43,758 bases of DNA from NCBI GenBank assembly GCA_963808625.1, contig CAWEHK010000003.1, positions 1 through 43,758 on the forward strand, written 5' to 3'. Positions 31,999-42,979 of this stretch are shown here, in pieces. The position numbers and the translations under genes are program-made. The notes under the pieces were generated by a model, which saw only the letters and a program-made list of their open reading frames with translations, ran no database searches and was not told the DNA's origin. Source of the stretch: an uncultured delta proteobacterium. GTDB taxonomy: Bacteria; Desulfobacterota; Syntrophobacteria; Syntrophobacterales; Syntrophobacteraceae. The number at the start of each line of letters is the position of its first letter. Position 1 is the stretch's first letter.

Positions 31999-33060
31999 TC
32001 AATGACCGGTGTCGGTGACGCCGGCTTCCGCGAAGGTCTTGATTTCCTCGAGCACCTTGGCGGCGGCTTCAACAAGGGTCATCGCCAGCACCGAGCCCGT
32101 GCCTTCGCCGAGGCGCATTCTCAGGTCAAGGATGGGCTCGAGCCCGAGCAGCTCTACCATGGTGGTGTGACCGACCTCCTGGCTGCGGTGGGAAAGAAAG
32201 AGGTAATCTTTCGCCGCCGGCGCCAGGTGGCAGGCAATCAGGGCCCCTGCCGTGGCGATGAAGCCATCACAGATGAGGGGCGACTTCGCGGCCGCAGCTC
32301 CAAGGAGGGCGCCGCCCAGGGCAGCAATTTCGAAGCCGCCGACTTTGCTCAAGATGTCCAGGGGATCGCCGGGATCGGGGCGATTGACGGCCAGCCCCTT
32401 TTCGATGACGGTGATTTTCCGGGCGAGGGTTGTGTCGTCAATGCCGGTGCCGCGTCCGGCCAGGCGGGCAACGGGCTTGCCGCTCAGCACCGCCACGATC
32501 GCGGTGGACGGTGTGGTGTTGGCAATCCCCATATCACCGGTCCCAACCAGTTGATATCCTTCCTCACGATATGCGTTCTCGACCAGTTCCGCGCCAAGGA
32601 GCAGGCCGGAGATCGCATCTTCGCGACTCATCGCCGGGCCCTGAGTGAAACTGGAGGTCCCCTTCCCTATCTTTCTGTGAATGATTGGCCAATCATGCGG
32701 GAGATCGCCCGCCACGCCGCAATCGACCACCCGCACCTCGGCGCCGACGTACCGGGCCAACACGTTGATCGACGCCCATCCCTGCACGAAGCTGAACACC
32801 ATTTGCGGGGTGACTTCCTGGGGGTAGGCGCTGACCCCTTCGTGCGCCACGCCATGGTCTCCGGCCATGGTGAAAATGAGCTTCCTCCTGAAATCAAACG
32901 ACAACCTCCGTTCGATTCCGGCCAACCGCGCCGCGATGGTCTCCAACTCGCCCAGGGACCCGCGCGGTCGAATCTGTGAATGCAGCCTTTCCCAGGCTTT
33001 CTGTTCCCACGTCTTGTCGGCAGGTTCGATGCGCGCCAGCAATTGATCGAGCTCGTGCAT
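31999..33060 (-). CDS. cobT: Nicotinate-nucleotide-dimethylbenzimidazole phosphoribosyltransferase
   Basis: GSLGELE, AGDHGV, GDMGIANTT, GGFEI, MRLGEGTG. Confidence 0.96.
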   Translation of the reverse strand: MHELDQLLARIEPADKTWEQKAWERLHSQIRPRGSLGELETIAARLAGIERRLSFDFRRKLIFTMAGDHGVAHEGVSAYPQEVTPQMVFSFVQGWASINVLARYVGAEVRVVDCGVAGDLPHDWPIIHRKIGKGTSSFTQGPAMSREDAISGLLLGAELVENAYREEGYQLVGTGDMGIANTTPSTAIVAVLSGKPVARLAGRGTGIDDTTLARKITVIEKGLAVNRPDPGDPLDILSKVGGFEIAALGGALLGAAAAKSPLICDGFIATAGALIACHLAPAAKDYLFLSHRSQEVGHTTMVELLGLEPILDLRMRLGEGTGSVLAMTLVEAAAKVLEEIKTFAEAGVTDTGH

Positions 33061-33169
33061 GGTTCTGCTCCTTCAAAAAAAAAATCCTTCAAACCTCTCC
33101 CCGAGGTCTGAAGGATTGCGTAATGGTTTCGGCAATCACACAGCCTTGCCCCACACGGAGTGGGCGCCC

Positions 33170-33355
33170 TTTTCACGGCAGGTCTTCTGACTCGCGGTTC
33201 GCTTTACTCTCTGAACCTTCCCATCCCGGAAAGCAGATCACTGCTTCCGAAACAGTGGCTGATCTCAGATTTCATCGCCGCTTACAGCGCTGACCAAACG
33301 TGCCGGTATTTCACCGTCTTCCCTTTTAAGCCGGGTTTCGGCACCGAGAAAAGGC
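33170..33355 (-). ncRNA. Cobalamin riboswitch
   Basis: Minus strand GGTGCC..TTAAAAGGGAA..CGGTGAAATACCGGCACG..GCTGTAA..GCCACTG..GGGAAGG..GAGTCAGAAGACCTGCC, upstream of cobT. Confidence 0.92.
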
Positions 33356-33360
33356 AAGTT

Positions 33361-33417
33361 TCTTGGCTCTTGGCTCTCTTGGCTCTTGGCTCTTGGCCTT
33401 GGCTCTGGCTTTGCTCT
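33361..33417. repeat. Heptamer tandem repeat (TCTTGGC)n
   Basis: Degenerate tcttggc units directly upstream of the riboswitch. Confidence 0.8.
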
Positions 33418-33521
33418 TAGACCTAGCTGTAGCTCTTTGGTGATTGGTGATTGATCCTGTTGCCAATCAGGCATCCGCAAGGCGAAGAGGCTAGAGACAA
33501 AAAGAATTCAGGCACCAATTA

Positions 33522-33800
33522 TTATGCCTTCTTTACGATCCTCTTCAGAAATTTCATGGCCTTGTCCGTCTCCATAACCGGAATGATCTCCGCCACACCC
33601 AGGTCCGTCCAGTTATAGATCGAAGAGGCAAGATGGACGTCGTCATCGGTTTCGAAAAGCCGGAAAACACGGTGGCCCGAAATGTCAAACCACTCGCCTT
33701 TGACGACCACTCCAACATCTTTGTCCATTCCCTTCATCCGCCGTTCGATGACGACATTGCGATCTTCCGGAGCATAGTTGAATATCGCCAAAAACAACAT
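33522..33800 (-). CDS. DUF3303-like small protein
   Basis: 92 aa, GVVVKGEWFDISGHRVFRLFETDD..WTDL..IIPVM; AGGAG RBS. Confidence 0.75.
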   Translation of the reverse strand: MLFLAIFNYAPEDRNVVIERRMKGMDKDVGVVVKGEWFDISGHRVFRLFETDDDVHLASSIYNWTDLGVAEIIPVMETDKAMKFLKRIVKKA

Positions 33801-34079
33801 GTTTGGACTCCTTTCTTGGGGGTTAGATCCTCGACAATCAGGCTCGATCAAGATTTCTCGCCCGCACCGCGCGGGGTCGCCATGGCAATGTTGCATAGCT
33901 CGCGACAAAACACCCGACTGCTGTTGCCAAGCATTATAGATGAACCCCTGCTGCCATTGCAAGTTTTCCAAACGGTTTTCTGACCGGAGTCAGCTCAATT
34001 CCCACCGACGCAAACCAGCTCCTTTTTTGAAATGATTGTCGTAAATAACAACAGTGGCGCCTGTCTCAAGGTCAACCGC

Positions 34080-35063
34080 TCAGTAGAAGATCGTCCGGCA
34101 GCGATGATAGGGTCTCTTCCTGAACGGCCCGAGTTGTCCAAGCTGCCAGAGCCACTGATCAACCCGGGGGCCGTCACTTTCTTTCCCAGGAGGCTAAAGG
34201 TTTTCTTCAACGCTTCTACGGCCCAGATGGTCATGGCCCTGATTTCAATCTCTTCCTCACCGCCGGCGGTGAGGTTCTGTCTCCGGTCAACCCTTTCGGC
34301 CAGGTCCGGATGATAAGAAAGGATTCCCAGCTCCCTCAGGACCTGCGGCAGTTTGTAGTCAGCAAACGCCGTCAGCTCGCCGATATCGTCATACCGCCCC
34401 CATCCCTCTCCGGCGAAGGCAGCATTCACATCGGCCACAAAGAGCTGTGCCCGCTTCCAGAACAATACCTTCTGCCCCCGGTATTGGGCCTCGTCTTGAA
34501 AACTCGGGAAGGAAGCGACGACCTGTTGCACCGTCTCGACCGCATGGCCGCGCGTTTCTTCGAGAAGATGAATGATATCTCCCTGCCAGCTCGACAGAAG
34601 GACCTGACCTGCTTCCCTGAGATTGGCAAGCCGCGCATCAAAGAGGGGAATTTCACCTGCTCCCGAGAAGATTTCTCGCAGATCTGCAGGAGAGAGCTCA
34701 GCGAGGCAGGCGGGATCGGTAATCGCAAATCCCCGCTCCAGGGCCCGCTTGAGGCTTGCCGCCAGGCCCCAGTAGCCGGAATAGTCCTCCCCGCCGTAGG
34801 CCACGGTCCACGTTGGTTCACCAACTCCCGGCCAGAAGCAGTGGTTGAGAACATCCAGCACAAAAATCCAGCGGACTGTCTCTGCCGTTCCATCAAAATA
34901 GTGGCAGGGATGATGCCAGGCCGTCTTGCCCGGCCAGGGCCAATCGCCCCATTTTGAAATGGCAGGTTCAAGCTGTTCCGGATGGAACTCGACCCATCGC
35001 CTCTGCATCAATACTCGCTCGAATCGAAGGCAAGACCGGCAGTTCTGTTTGGCAATGTGGCAT
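34080..35063 (-). CDS. Queuosine salvage protein (DUF2419/QNG1 family; frameshifts near both ends)
   Basis: LDVLNHCFW, YSGYWGL, FWKRAQLFVAD, LTAFADYKLPQVL, EIEIRA; C-terminus DQWLW..PYHRCRTIFY* in the shifted frame. Confidence 0.88.
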
Positions 35064-35375
35064 AGGTAAGCGATCCTTTAGATGGTCCTAATCGGTGCAA
35101 TAAGGATCCTTGAAGCGGCCAAGAATGCAGTGTATCCGGGAATCAAGGGCTTTTTGTGCTCAGCACCCAGCACCCAGCACTCAGCACCACTTTCTATAGC
35201 TTGACTTTCTCCCCAATTTTATATTAATTTTACCCTGTCTTTCGGCTCCATTTTAAAATTCCCCGTTTTTGTTGTTCACCATACTGGAAGCTCGTATACG
35301 TTGGACGCTCTTTTGGGAGTAGCTTAAGGGTTGAGGTGTATTTCCATCCATTTTTTCACACAAGGAGGAACGAAC

Positions 35376-36570
35376 ATGAAAAGAAGTATGGTTATCCTAA
35401 TCGCTTTGCTCTTTTCCATCGGGTTGTTCCTTTACCCGGCTTGGGCGCAGGAAGCCATCAAGGTTGGAATCATTCTGCCGGTAACGGGTGACAAAGCCAA
35501 GTTTGGAGAGATCGAGAAAAAATCGTTCGAAATGGCCCTCGACGAAATCAACGCCGCCGGTGGCATCAACGGCAAGAAACTGGAGTTCCTTTTTGAGGAT
35601 GACACCGGGAGACCGGATGTGGCCAGATCAGCGGCCGAAAAGCTCATCACCAAGGACAAAGTGGTCATGCTCGGCGGCGGTTATGGCAGCTCTGAAACCT
35701 TCGCCATTGCCGGAGTGGCGCAGCAGAGCCAGATACCCTTTCCTGGTCAACACGGGCTCGGATGACAAAATTACCGAACAGAAATGGGATTATATTTTCC
35801 GCTTGAACCCGCCGGTGAGTGAATACCCGAAGGGCCTGGAATCGTTCCTGACCGATGTCGTCAAACCAAAGACGGCGGTCATTCTTTATGAAAACACCAA
35901 CTTTGGTTCTTCCGGTTCGAAAGAATTCCAGCAGACCTGTGAGCGCCTCGGTATTAAAGTGCTCATGTCGGAGGGTTACGAACACGGCGGGGTGGACTTC
36001 AAACCCCTCCTCGTCAAGGTCAAGCAGGCCAACCCCGACCTGGTCTACATGATCTCCTATATCATGGATGCTTCTCTCCTGATGAGACAGAGCATGGAGC
36101 TGCGGCTCAACCCCAAAGTTTTCGTGGGCGGCGCGGCCGGCTTCACGCTGCCCGAATTCTCCAAGAACGCCGGCAAGGCCTCTGATCTGGTCTTCTCAGC
36201 AACCCTCTGGTACCAGACCCTTCCGTATCCGGGTGCGAAGGAATACTTCGACAAGTTTGTCAAGAAGTTCGGTACGGACACCGAATATCATGGTGCAGAA
36301 GCCTATGCCGCCGCCTATGTGATTGCCGACGCTCTCAAGCGTACGAAATCTCTCAAACCGGATGATGTTCGCCAGGCGTTAGCTGAAACCAACATGATGA
36401 CCGTTTTTGGCCCGGTGAAGTTCGTTGCTTACGATAAGATGACCAATCAGAACAAGCTCCCGACTTATTTGGTGCAATGGATAGAAGGCAAGCTGGAACT
36501 GGTGTGGCCCAAAGAGATTGCCAGCAAACCTTACGTGTTCCCCATTGAATGGGAAAAAGTCTGGAAGTAA
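35376..36570 (+). CDS. Branched-chain amino acid ABC substrate-binding protein (frameshift near 35730)
   Basis: Signal peptide, IKVGIILPVTG, EINAAGGINGKKLE; AGGAGG RBS. Confidence 0.9.
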
Positions 36571-36672
36571 CGGTACGCATGCTGCCATGAGTGCTGCGGT
36601 GCGTCATCGGCTGAAGTCCCTGCTTTTCAAGAGATTCTTCCGGACACCGAAGTGCCGGAAACAATCCAAGAT

Positions 36673-36839
36673 CGTCATTCCCGCATGCTTTACCGTGAAA
36701 ATGACCCCCATGAAATCATTGGCCTTTTGGGGTGTCAATTTGCATCATCGGGGGTGAAACATCCTTTCATGAACATTTAAGCGGGAATCCAGATGCGTTT
36801 TAATCAATGGACCCCCGCCTGAAGCATGCGGGGGTGACG
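36673..36839. repeat. Palindromic GTCATTCCC..GGGTGAC element carrying an 83-bp insert flanked by TTTA
   Basis: cgtcattcccgcatgc-TTTA-[36693-36775]-TTTA-agcgggaatccag..cccccgcctgaagcatgcggggtgacg. Confidence 0.7.
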
Positions 36840-36932
36840 AGCGGAGGATCATCCTGGCCACACTGTAACAATGAGCGATTGAGGATCTTTTTGGACTCAC
36901 TGCAACACTGAGCGATTGAGGACAGGTTATCC

Positions 36933-37808
36933 ATGGAAGTTTTTCTTCAGACATTGGTGTCGGGGGTGCTCATCGGGGGCATTTATGCTCTGGTTGGCCT
37001 TGGTATGACCCTGATTATGGGCGTCATGAAGATCATCAACCTGGCTCACGGTCAGCTCATGATGGTCGCCATGTACATCACGTTCGTGCTCTTCGAGTAT
37101 TTGCACCTGGATCCCTATTTTTCGCTCCTGGTGGCAATGCCCTCGCTTTTTGTGCTTGGAGCCGTCATCCAGAAGTACTTCTTGAACCCTCTGCTCAAAA
37201 TCGACTCCATTCTTCCCGAAAACCAGGTCCTCATGACGGTGGGGATCGGCATGGTGCTGACCGAAATCATCCGTTTCATCTTCCAGTCGGACTATAAATC
37301 CGTTCAGACTTCATATAGCTCCGCGTTCATTTACGCCGGAGGCATTTCTTACAATCTGGCCATGGTGATTGCCTTCTTCATCGCCGCATTGCTGACCCTG
37401 CTCCTGTTCTTTTTTCTGCTGAAGACCGATATCGGCAAATCCGTTCGGGCAACCGCCCAGAACAAGGAAGCCGCTCTCATGCTGGGGGTCAATGCCGAGC
37501 GGATCACCATCTTCACCTATGGTCTCGGCTCTGCCCTGGCGGCCGCTGCCGGGACGCTGCTCCTGCCCATCTACTATCTCTTTCCCGACATCGGTGGTCC
37601 TTTCACTCTAAAAGCCTTCGTGATCACCATTTTGGGGGGCATGGGGAGCACTGTGGGCGCCATTGTCGGCGGCGTTGTTCTGGGAGTGGCCGAATCCCTG
37701 GGCGCAACCTACATCTCCATGGCCCTCAAGGATGCTGTCGGCATGGTTATCTTCCTCCTCGTGCTGATTTTCCTGCCGGGCGGCCTCAAAACCTTGACCA
37801 AGGTCTAA
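36933..37808 (+). CDS. livH: Branched-chain amino acid ABC permease
   Basis: GVMKIINLAHG, AFVITILGGMGS. Confidence 0.9.
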   Translation: MEVFLQTLVSGVLIGGIYALVGLGMTLIMGVMKIINLAHGQLMMVAMYITFVLFEYLHLDPYFSLLVAMPSLFVLGAVIQKYFLNPLLKIDSILPENQVLMTVGIGMVLTEIIRFIFQSDYKSVQTSYSSAFIYAGGISYNLAMVIAFFIAALLTLLLFFFLLKTDIGKSVRATAQNKEAALMLGVNAERITIFTYGLGSALAAAAGTLLLPIYYLFPDIGGPFTLKAFVITILGGMGSTVGAIVGGVVLGVAESLGATYISMALKDAVGMVIFLLVLIFLPGGLKTLTKV

Positions 37809-37821
37809 ACAGGGTAACGCT

Positions 37822-38802
37822 ATGAAAACGATTCGCTGGTCAACACTTATCCCCATCCTCATCCTTGTTCTTTTCCCGCTGCTTGTTGCCTCAGACTATT
37901 ACCGGCATATCCTCATTATTGCCCTGATGTGGGTGGTGATCGGGTCGTCATGGAACCTTCTGGCGGGATATACGGGGCAGGTTTCCTTCGGGCATGCCAT
38001 ATTTTTCGGCACCGGGGCCTACACGGCAGGTTTGTGTGTGACCAAGCTGGGTATTTCCGCGTGGTGGGGGATGTTGCTTGGGGGACCGGTGGCGCTGCTG
38101 GTCGGGTTCATCATCGGGTGGATCTGTTTTCGCCTGCGCGGGCCCTATTTTGCCCTCGCTACCATTGCCGTCGGAGAGATCTTCCGGATTGGCGCCACCG
38201 TCTGGCGAGACCTCACCGAAGGGATGCAGGGAATTCTGATCATGCAGACCTTTCGCAGCAAGATCCCCTATTACTATCTGGCCCTCTTCCTTGCTGCCGC
38301 CTGTGTTTATGCCATCTACCGGGTGATCAATTCCAAGTGGGGCTTCTATTTTGTTGCCATACGCGAAGACCAGGATGCGGCGGAATCCATGGGCATCAGC
38401 GCGTTCCGGTACAAGAGCCTCTCCCTCATGGTCAGTTCCTTCTTTACCGGGCTTGCCGGGGCTTTTTACATGAATTACATGGCTTTCATCGACCCGCATG
38501 TCGTTTTCTCGCTGCACTATATTTCCATCATGGCCATCCTCGTCGGCATCATCGGCGGGGTGGGGACCCTCTGGGGACCTCCTGCCGGCGCGTTCATTAT
38601 GGTGTTGCTCCAGGAGACCTTTCGCAGCTCCTTCTTCGGGTTGCTGCCGAAATGGGTCAGTGAAGGCCATGTGCTGGTCTTCGGTTTGCTCGTCATCTTT
38701 GTCATTCGTTATATGGCCAACGGCATCGTTGGCGACTGGCCTAAAATCAGCCAACTCTGGTCGAGGGGAAAAGCTGTGCCCTCGGCATCTAGTGGAAATT
38801 GA
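37822..38802 (+). CDS. livM: Branched-chain amino acid ABC permease
   Basis: GYTGQVSFGHA, RLRGPYFALAT, AIREDQDAA. Confidence 0.9.
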   Translation: MKTIRWSTLIPILILVLFPLLVASDYYRHILIIALMWVVIGSSWNLLAGYTGQVSFGHAIFFGTGAYTAGLCVTKLGISAWWGMLLGGPVALLVGFIIGWICFRLRGPYFALATIAVGEIFRIGATVWRDLTEGMQGILIMQTFRSKIPYYYLALFLAAACVYAIYRVINSKWGFYFVAIREDQDAAESMGISAFRYKSLSLMVSSFFTGLAGAFYMNYMAFIDPHVVFSLHYISIMAILVGIIGGVGTLWGPPAGAFIMVLLQETFRSSFFGLLPKWVSEGHVLVFGLLVIFVIRYMANGIVGDWPKISQLWSRGKAVPSASSGN

Positions 38803-38804
38803 TT

Positions 38805-39519
38805 ATGAGCTTTTTTGAAACAAGTCATCTCACAAAGGCTTTTGGTGGGTTGGTCGCCGTCAACGATTTGAGCTTTCGCGTGGAGCCGGGACAGATCTTT
38901 GGGCTGATCGGGCCAAACGGCTCCGGCAAGACGACGGTCTTCAACTGCATCAACGGTTATTATCCCATCACTTCGGGGACTATTGCTTTCGAAGGGAAAG
39001 AGCTGAACGGGCTTCCTACCTGGAAAATCTGCAAGCTGGGCATTGGGAGGACGTTTCAGATCGTCAAGCCGCTTACGACGCATGAGCGTGCTCGAAAATG
39101 TCATGGCCTCCGCTTTCAACCAGACGCCAAAACAGGAAGTGGCCAGGGAGAAGGCCCTCCAGGTCCTCGAATTTTGCGAATTGGTTAAGAAACGGGATTA
39201 TCTTGCCAAGGGTCTCACCATTGGCGACCGAAAGCGGCTCGAAATCGCACGAGCCCTCGCCACCGGTCCCAAGCTTCTGCTGCTGGATGAAACCATGGCG
39301 GGCCTAACCCCCCAGGAACAGGCCGAGGGCGTGCAGCTCATCCGCAAAATCCGCGAATCGGGAGTGACGATCATCATTGTCGAACATATCATGCAGGTGA
39401 TCATGAACATCTGCGATCAGATCCTGTGTATCAATTACGGCCAGGAGATCGCTCAGGGCACACCGGCGGAAGTCGCAAACAATCCATCGGTCATTGAAGC
39501 GTACCTCGGAAGGGAATAG
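38805..39519 (+). CDS. livG: Branched-chain amino acid ABC ATPase (frameshift near 39075)
   Basis: FGGLVAV, GPNGSGKTT, LLLDE, VIEAYLG. Confidence 0.9.
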
Positions 39520-39524
39520 AAGCC

Positions 39525-40230
39525 ATGCTCAGGGTGGAACATGTCAACGCCGGTTACGGAGATATTCAGGTCCTCTGGGACGTGTCCTTCCAGGTGGAGG
39601 ACAAAGAGTTCGTCGTCCTGGTGGGTGCCAACGGGGCCGGAAAAAGCACGATCATGCGAACCATATCCAGCATCATCAACCCCACGAGCGGCGCCATCTG
39701 GTTCGAAAACCAGCGCATCGACCATGTGCCTCCCTATCGCATCATCAATTGTGGAATCGCCCATGTGCCCGAGGGAAGGCAGCTCTTCCCGGAAATGTCG
39801 GTGGTCGAGAATTTGGAACTGGGTTCGCTGGCGCCCGAGGCAAAAGCGCACCGCAAAGAGACGCTGGAATGGGTTTTCACGCTTTTTCCGAGGCTTCGTG
39901 AACGGCGAAAACAAATGGCCGGCACGCTCTCCGGCGGCGAACAACAGATGTGCGCCATTGCCCGCGGGTTGATGTCCCGCCCCAAGATGATCCTCTTCGA
40001 CGAACCCTCTCTTGGTCTCTCGCCCCTGCTCACCCAGGAGATTTTTCGCCTGCACCGGCAAGATCCACGCCGAAGGAATCACCATTCTCATGGTGGAGCA
40101 AAACGTCAAACAGACCCTGGCCATTTGCGACCGGGCCTACGTCCTCGAAAACGGCAGAGTCGTCCTCGAAGGCAAAGGCAGGGAACTCCTGGAAAACGAA
40201 CAGGTGAAGCAGGCGTTTCTAGGGATCTGA
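39525..40230 (+). CDS. livF: Branched-chain amino acid ABC ATPase (frameshift near 40050)
   Basis: GANGAGKST, HVPEGRQLF, LSGGEQQM, DEPSLGL, VEQN. Confidence 0.9.
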
Positions 40231-40232
40231 TG

Positions 40233-40343
40233 GCGGATTTCGGATTGCGGATTGCGGATTGCGGATTGCGGATTTCGGATTGCGGATTTCGGATGTCGGA
40301 TGCGGATTTCGGATTTCGGATGTCGGATGTCGGATCTCGGATT
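40233..40343. repeat. Heptamer tandem repeat (K)CGGATT, ~15 units
   Basis: gcggatt/tcggatt/tcggatg units directly after the livF stop. Confidence 0.88.
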
Positions 40344-40399
40344 TGAAAGCCGGGCGTCTGAGGTCACATTTTCAGAGCGTGCCAAAAAGGTCCTCCAGT

Positions 40400-40478
40400 C
40401 GTCACCCCCGCTTGCTTCTGGCGGGGGTCCGGAGATCAAAAGGCATCTGGATTCCCGCCAGAAGCATCAGGGAATGAC
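40400..40478. repeat. Palindromic element, inverted relative to the copy at 36673
   Basis: cgtcacccccgcttgcttctggcgggggtcc..ctggattcccgccagaagcatcagggaatgac. Confidence 0.7.
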
Positions 40479-40687
40479 AATGTGAGACTCCTATGGTCTC
40501 TTGGGTATCTGTAGTGGTTTAGAAGTGATGGTCCCCAGGCTGGAGCTTCGGAACCGGTTTAGACCAGTCCTGGCCAGTCTTAAGTTTGAGAACCAGAGTT
40601 AACGGAGATTTTCACTCAGCCTCTGAGCTTCTGCGGTTTGTGAGCCTCCGGGTCCTTGCGTTCAGTGGGCTTGCGAGTATCAGGCGA

Positions 40688-41477
40688 TTACACTCCCTTG
40701 AACTTGGGGGTGCGCTTGGCAATAAAGGCGGCGACTCCTTCGCGTCCATCGGCACTGCCAGCCATGGCCGCAATGGCGCGGGATTCTCTCTCCATCTGGG
40801 ATTCGAGGCTTTCCGTCGCCCCGGACAGGATCAGGCGCTTGGTTTCACCGAAACACCGGGTCGGGCCCTTGGCCAAATGGTGCGCCATTTTCAGGGCCTC
40901 GGGCAGCACCTGATCATCGGCGACCACCTGATTGATGAGCCCCCACTCCATGGCCTGCCTTGCCGACAACACCGAATTCAACAGCGCCATCTCCTTGGCG
41001 CGGCGCAGCCCGACCATGCGCGCCAAGAAAAAGCTGGAACTGCCGTCCGGGGCCAGGCCGGCCTTGGTGTAGGCCATGGTGAACTTGGCTGATTCCGCGG
41101 CTATGGCGATATCGGTGGTCAGCGCCAGGCTGAGACCCCCACCCGCCGCCGTTCCATTGATGGCACCAACCACCGGCGCATCCATCCAGTTGAATCGGGA
41201 TATCGCTGCATGAAAAGCCTGGGTGATCTCTTTCAGATGAGCGACTGACGCTTTCACCCTGGGCGGCAAAGGTCTTCAGGTCGCCTCCCGCGCAAAACAT
41301 CTTGCCGTTACCCGTCAGCACCACCGCGCGGACCTCGGGGTCTTCGTCACAACGGATGGCCACATCCAACATTTCCCGAGCCATCTCCAGGGTAATCGCA
41401 TTGCCGTCCTCGGGGCGGTTGAGGCGGATGACCCCAACACCGTCGTCTATTTCGAAAATAATTGAATTGTATGGCAT
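40688..41477 (-). CDS. Enoyl-CoA hydratase/isomerase family protein (frameshift near 41250)
   Basis: LNRPEDGNAI, FCAGGDL, INGTAAGGG, GLAPDGSS, DGREGVAAF. Confidence 0.9.
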
Positions 41478-41496
41478 GACTTTGCATCCTTGTGAT

Positions 41497-41636
41497 TAGG
41501 GGGCGTCCGAAAATAGAAGGCCTTCTTTTACCACGAAGAACACGAAGGACACGAAGTGAGTTCTTCGTGCTCTTCGTGTTCTTCGTGGTTCAAAAAAGAG
41601 TTGAAACGAGTGCAAGTTATTTTTGGACAATTTCTA
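41497..41636. mobile_element. MITE with internal CACGAAG-type palindromic repeats (copy 2)
   Basis: Homologous to 30114-30262; TA at both termini. Confidence 0.75.
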
Positions 41637-41812
41637 AGTGTTAGCGGCCAGGTGCGAAAAGCTCGAAGCGAAAGGACCACCGGCGGCCCGACGACCCCGC
41701 CACAACCATGCCTGGTCTCTCCGAGGCTCTCCGCCCAAAACGATAAACAATGCCAGCATCCAGGTCTCCGTGTTCCATCAGCCAATGTTGCCAGACTGGC
41801 CGCTGAGTTTCC

Positions 41813-42633
41813 TTACGATAAAGCTTTATCGACCAGGCCCTTCAAAACCTTCCGATAATCAGGATCCGTGATCCTCGTGCTCATGCGTTGGCTCGAGATT
41901 GGACACAGCTCTACCTGCCCGGCAGCCAGCCAGTTGAGGCATTGAGCGTACAGTTCGTATTCGAGGGCTAACCCCCGATTGCGGACTGTTTCCAGGTCAT
42001 CATCGGGCCAGATGGGATAAACCGCCTGGGCGATGATCGGGCCGGTATCCTCCCCTTCATCGGCAAAATGAATGGTAATGCCGCCCCATTTGCAGCCGTA
42101 GCCAAAGGTGTCTTCATAGCCATGGGCCCCGGGAAAAGCCGGCAGCAAGGCCGGATGGATGTTGACCACCCGCCATTGGCCGCCGCAGTTATAGTGACCC
42201 AGAAAATAGGGACTCAACAGCCTCATGAAACCGGCTAGGCAGATGGTGTCCGGTCGGTAGCCGTTGAGGACGCCGATGAGCTCCTGTTCGGCCAGCACCA
42301 GCCTGGCCAGGCGCTGCAGCAGCTTCTCCGGATCAGATATTTTCAGGATCTTTTGACGGTTGGCCAATTCCTCGAGATTTACCGGGAGCTTCAACTCGAG
42401 CGGGTTGCCCAGTTCCTCTTGCAGGTGGGCTTTGTAATCCACAACATGGGTGGGAACCCCTGCCCTTTCGGCTCGCACCAAACCATAAGCGTCGGCACGG
42501 TCGCTCACCACAGCCACGATCTCAGCACGAATTGCCCCGTTGCCGAACGGTCAAGTAAGGCCTGGAGGTTGGTGCCACTGCCTGATACGAGGACGGCTAT
42601 GCGCAATTTATTCGTGCTTTGCTGACGAATCAT
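41813..42633 (-). CDS. purN: Phosphoribosylglycinamide formyltransferase (frameshift near 42530)
   Basis: IAVLVSGSGTNLQAL, LAGFMRLL, NIHPALLPAFPG, GITIHFADEGEDTGPII. Confidence 0.92.
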
Positions 42634-42728
42634 TTCTCAAAAGCCTTATCCACAAAGACACACAAAGGATTTCGAAGTCACACGAAGGAAAACAGAGCAA
42701 AATCAAAAGGCGGGGTCGCAAAAGGAGA

Positions 42729-42977
42729 TTACGCCACAGCCATCTCTCGCAACGGTACTTCGACCATTTTTTTCGGCTTTTCCCTGGAATGGACCAGTCG
42801 TTCCATCTCTTTAACAATCTCCGCCTTAAAATATTGTTCTCCACACACCTGGCATACACCCGCTGGGACATTCTCAATCAAAGCCAACAATTTCTCTCCC
42901 CAGCGGTAGTCAACCGTGATCTTTCTCTCCGTGACGTCTCCGCCGCAGAAATGACACTTGTGATAGACCCTTGGCAT
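42729..42977 (-). CDS. YgiT/MqsA-type zinc-finger protein (putative antitoxin)
   Basis: CHFCGG..IENVPAGVCQVCGEQYF. Confidence 0.88.
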   Translation of the reverse strand: MPRVYHKCHFCGGDVTERKITVDYRWGEKLLALIENVPAGVCQVCGEQYFKAEIVKEMERLVHSREKPKKMVEVPLREMAVA

Positions 42978-42979
42978 CG

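Noticed and set aside
31786..32979. Long antisense ORFs (also 8072-9130, 9220-10320, 21869-22918, 26405-27574)
   Set aside because: They are shadows of real genes on the opposite strand in GC-rich DNA.
1899..42633. Mass pseudogenisation or programmed frameshifting suggested by the many frameshifts
   Set aside because: Single-base indels hit core genes (purN, livFG) with otherwise intact motifs, which is typical of unpolished long-read consensus error.
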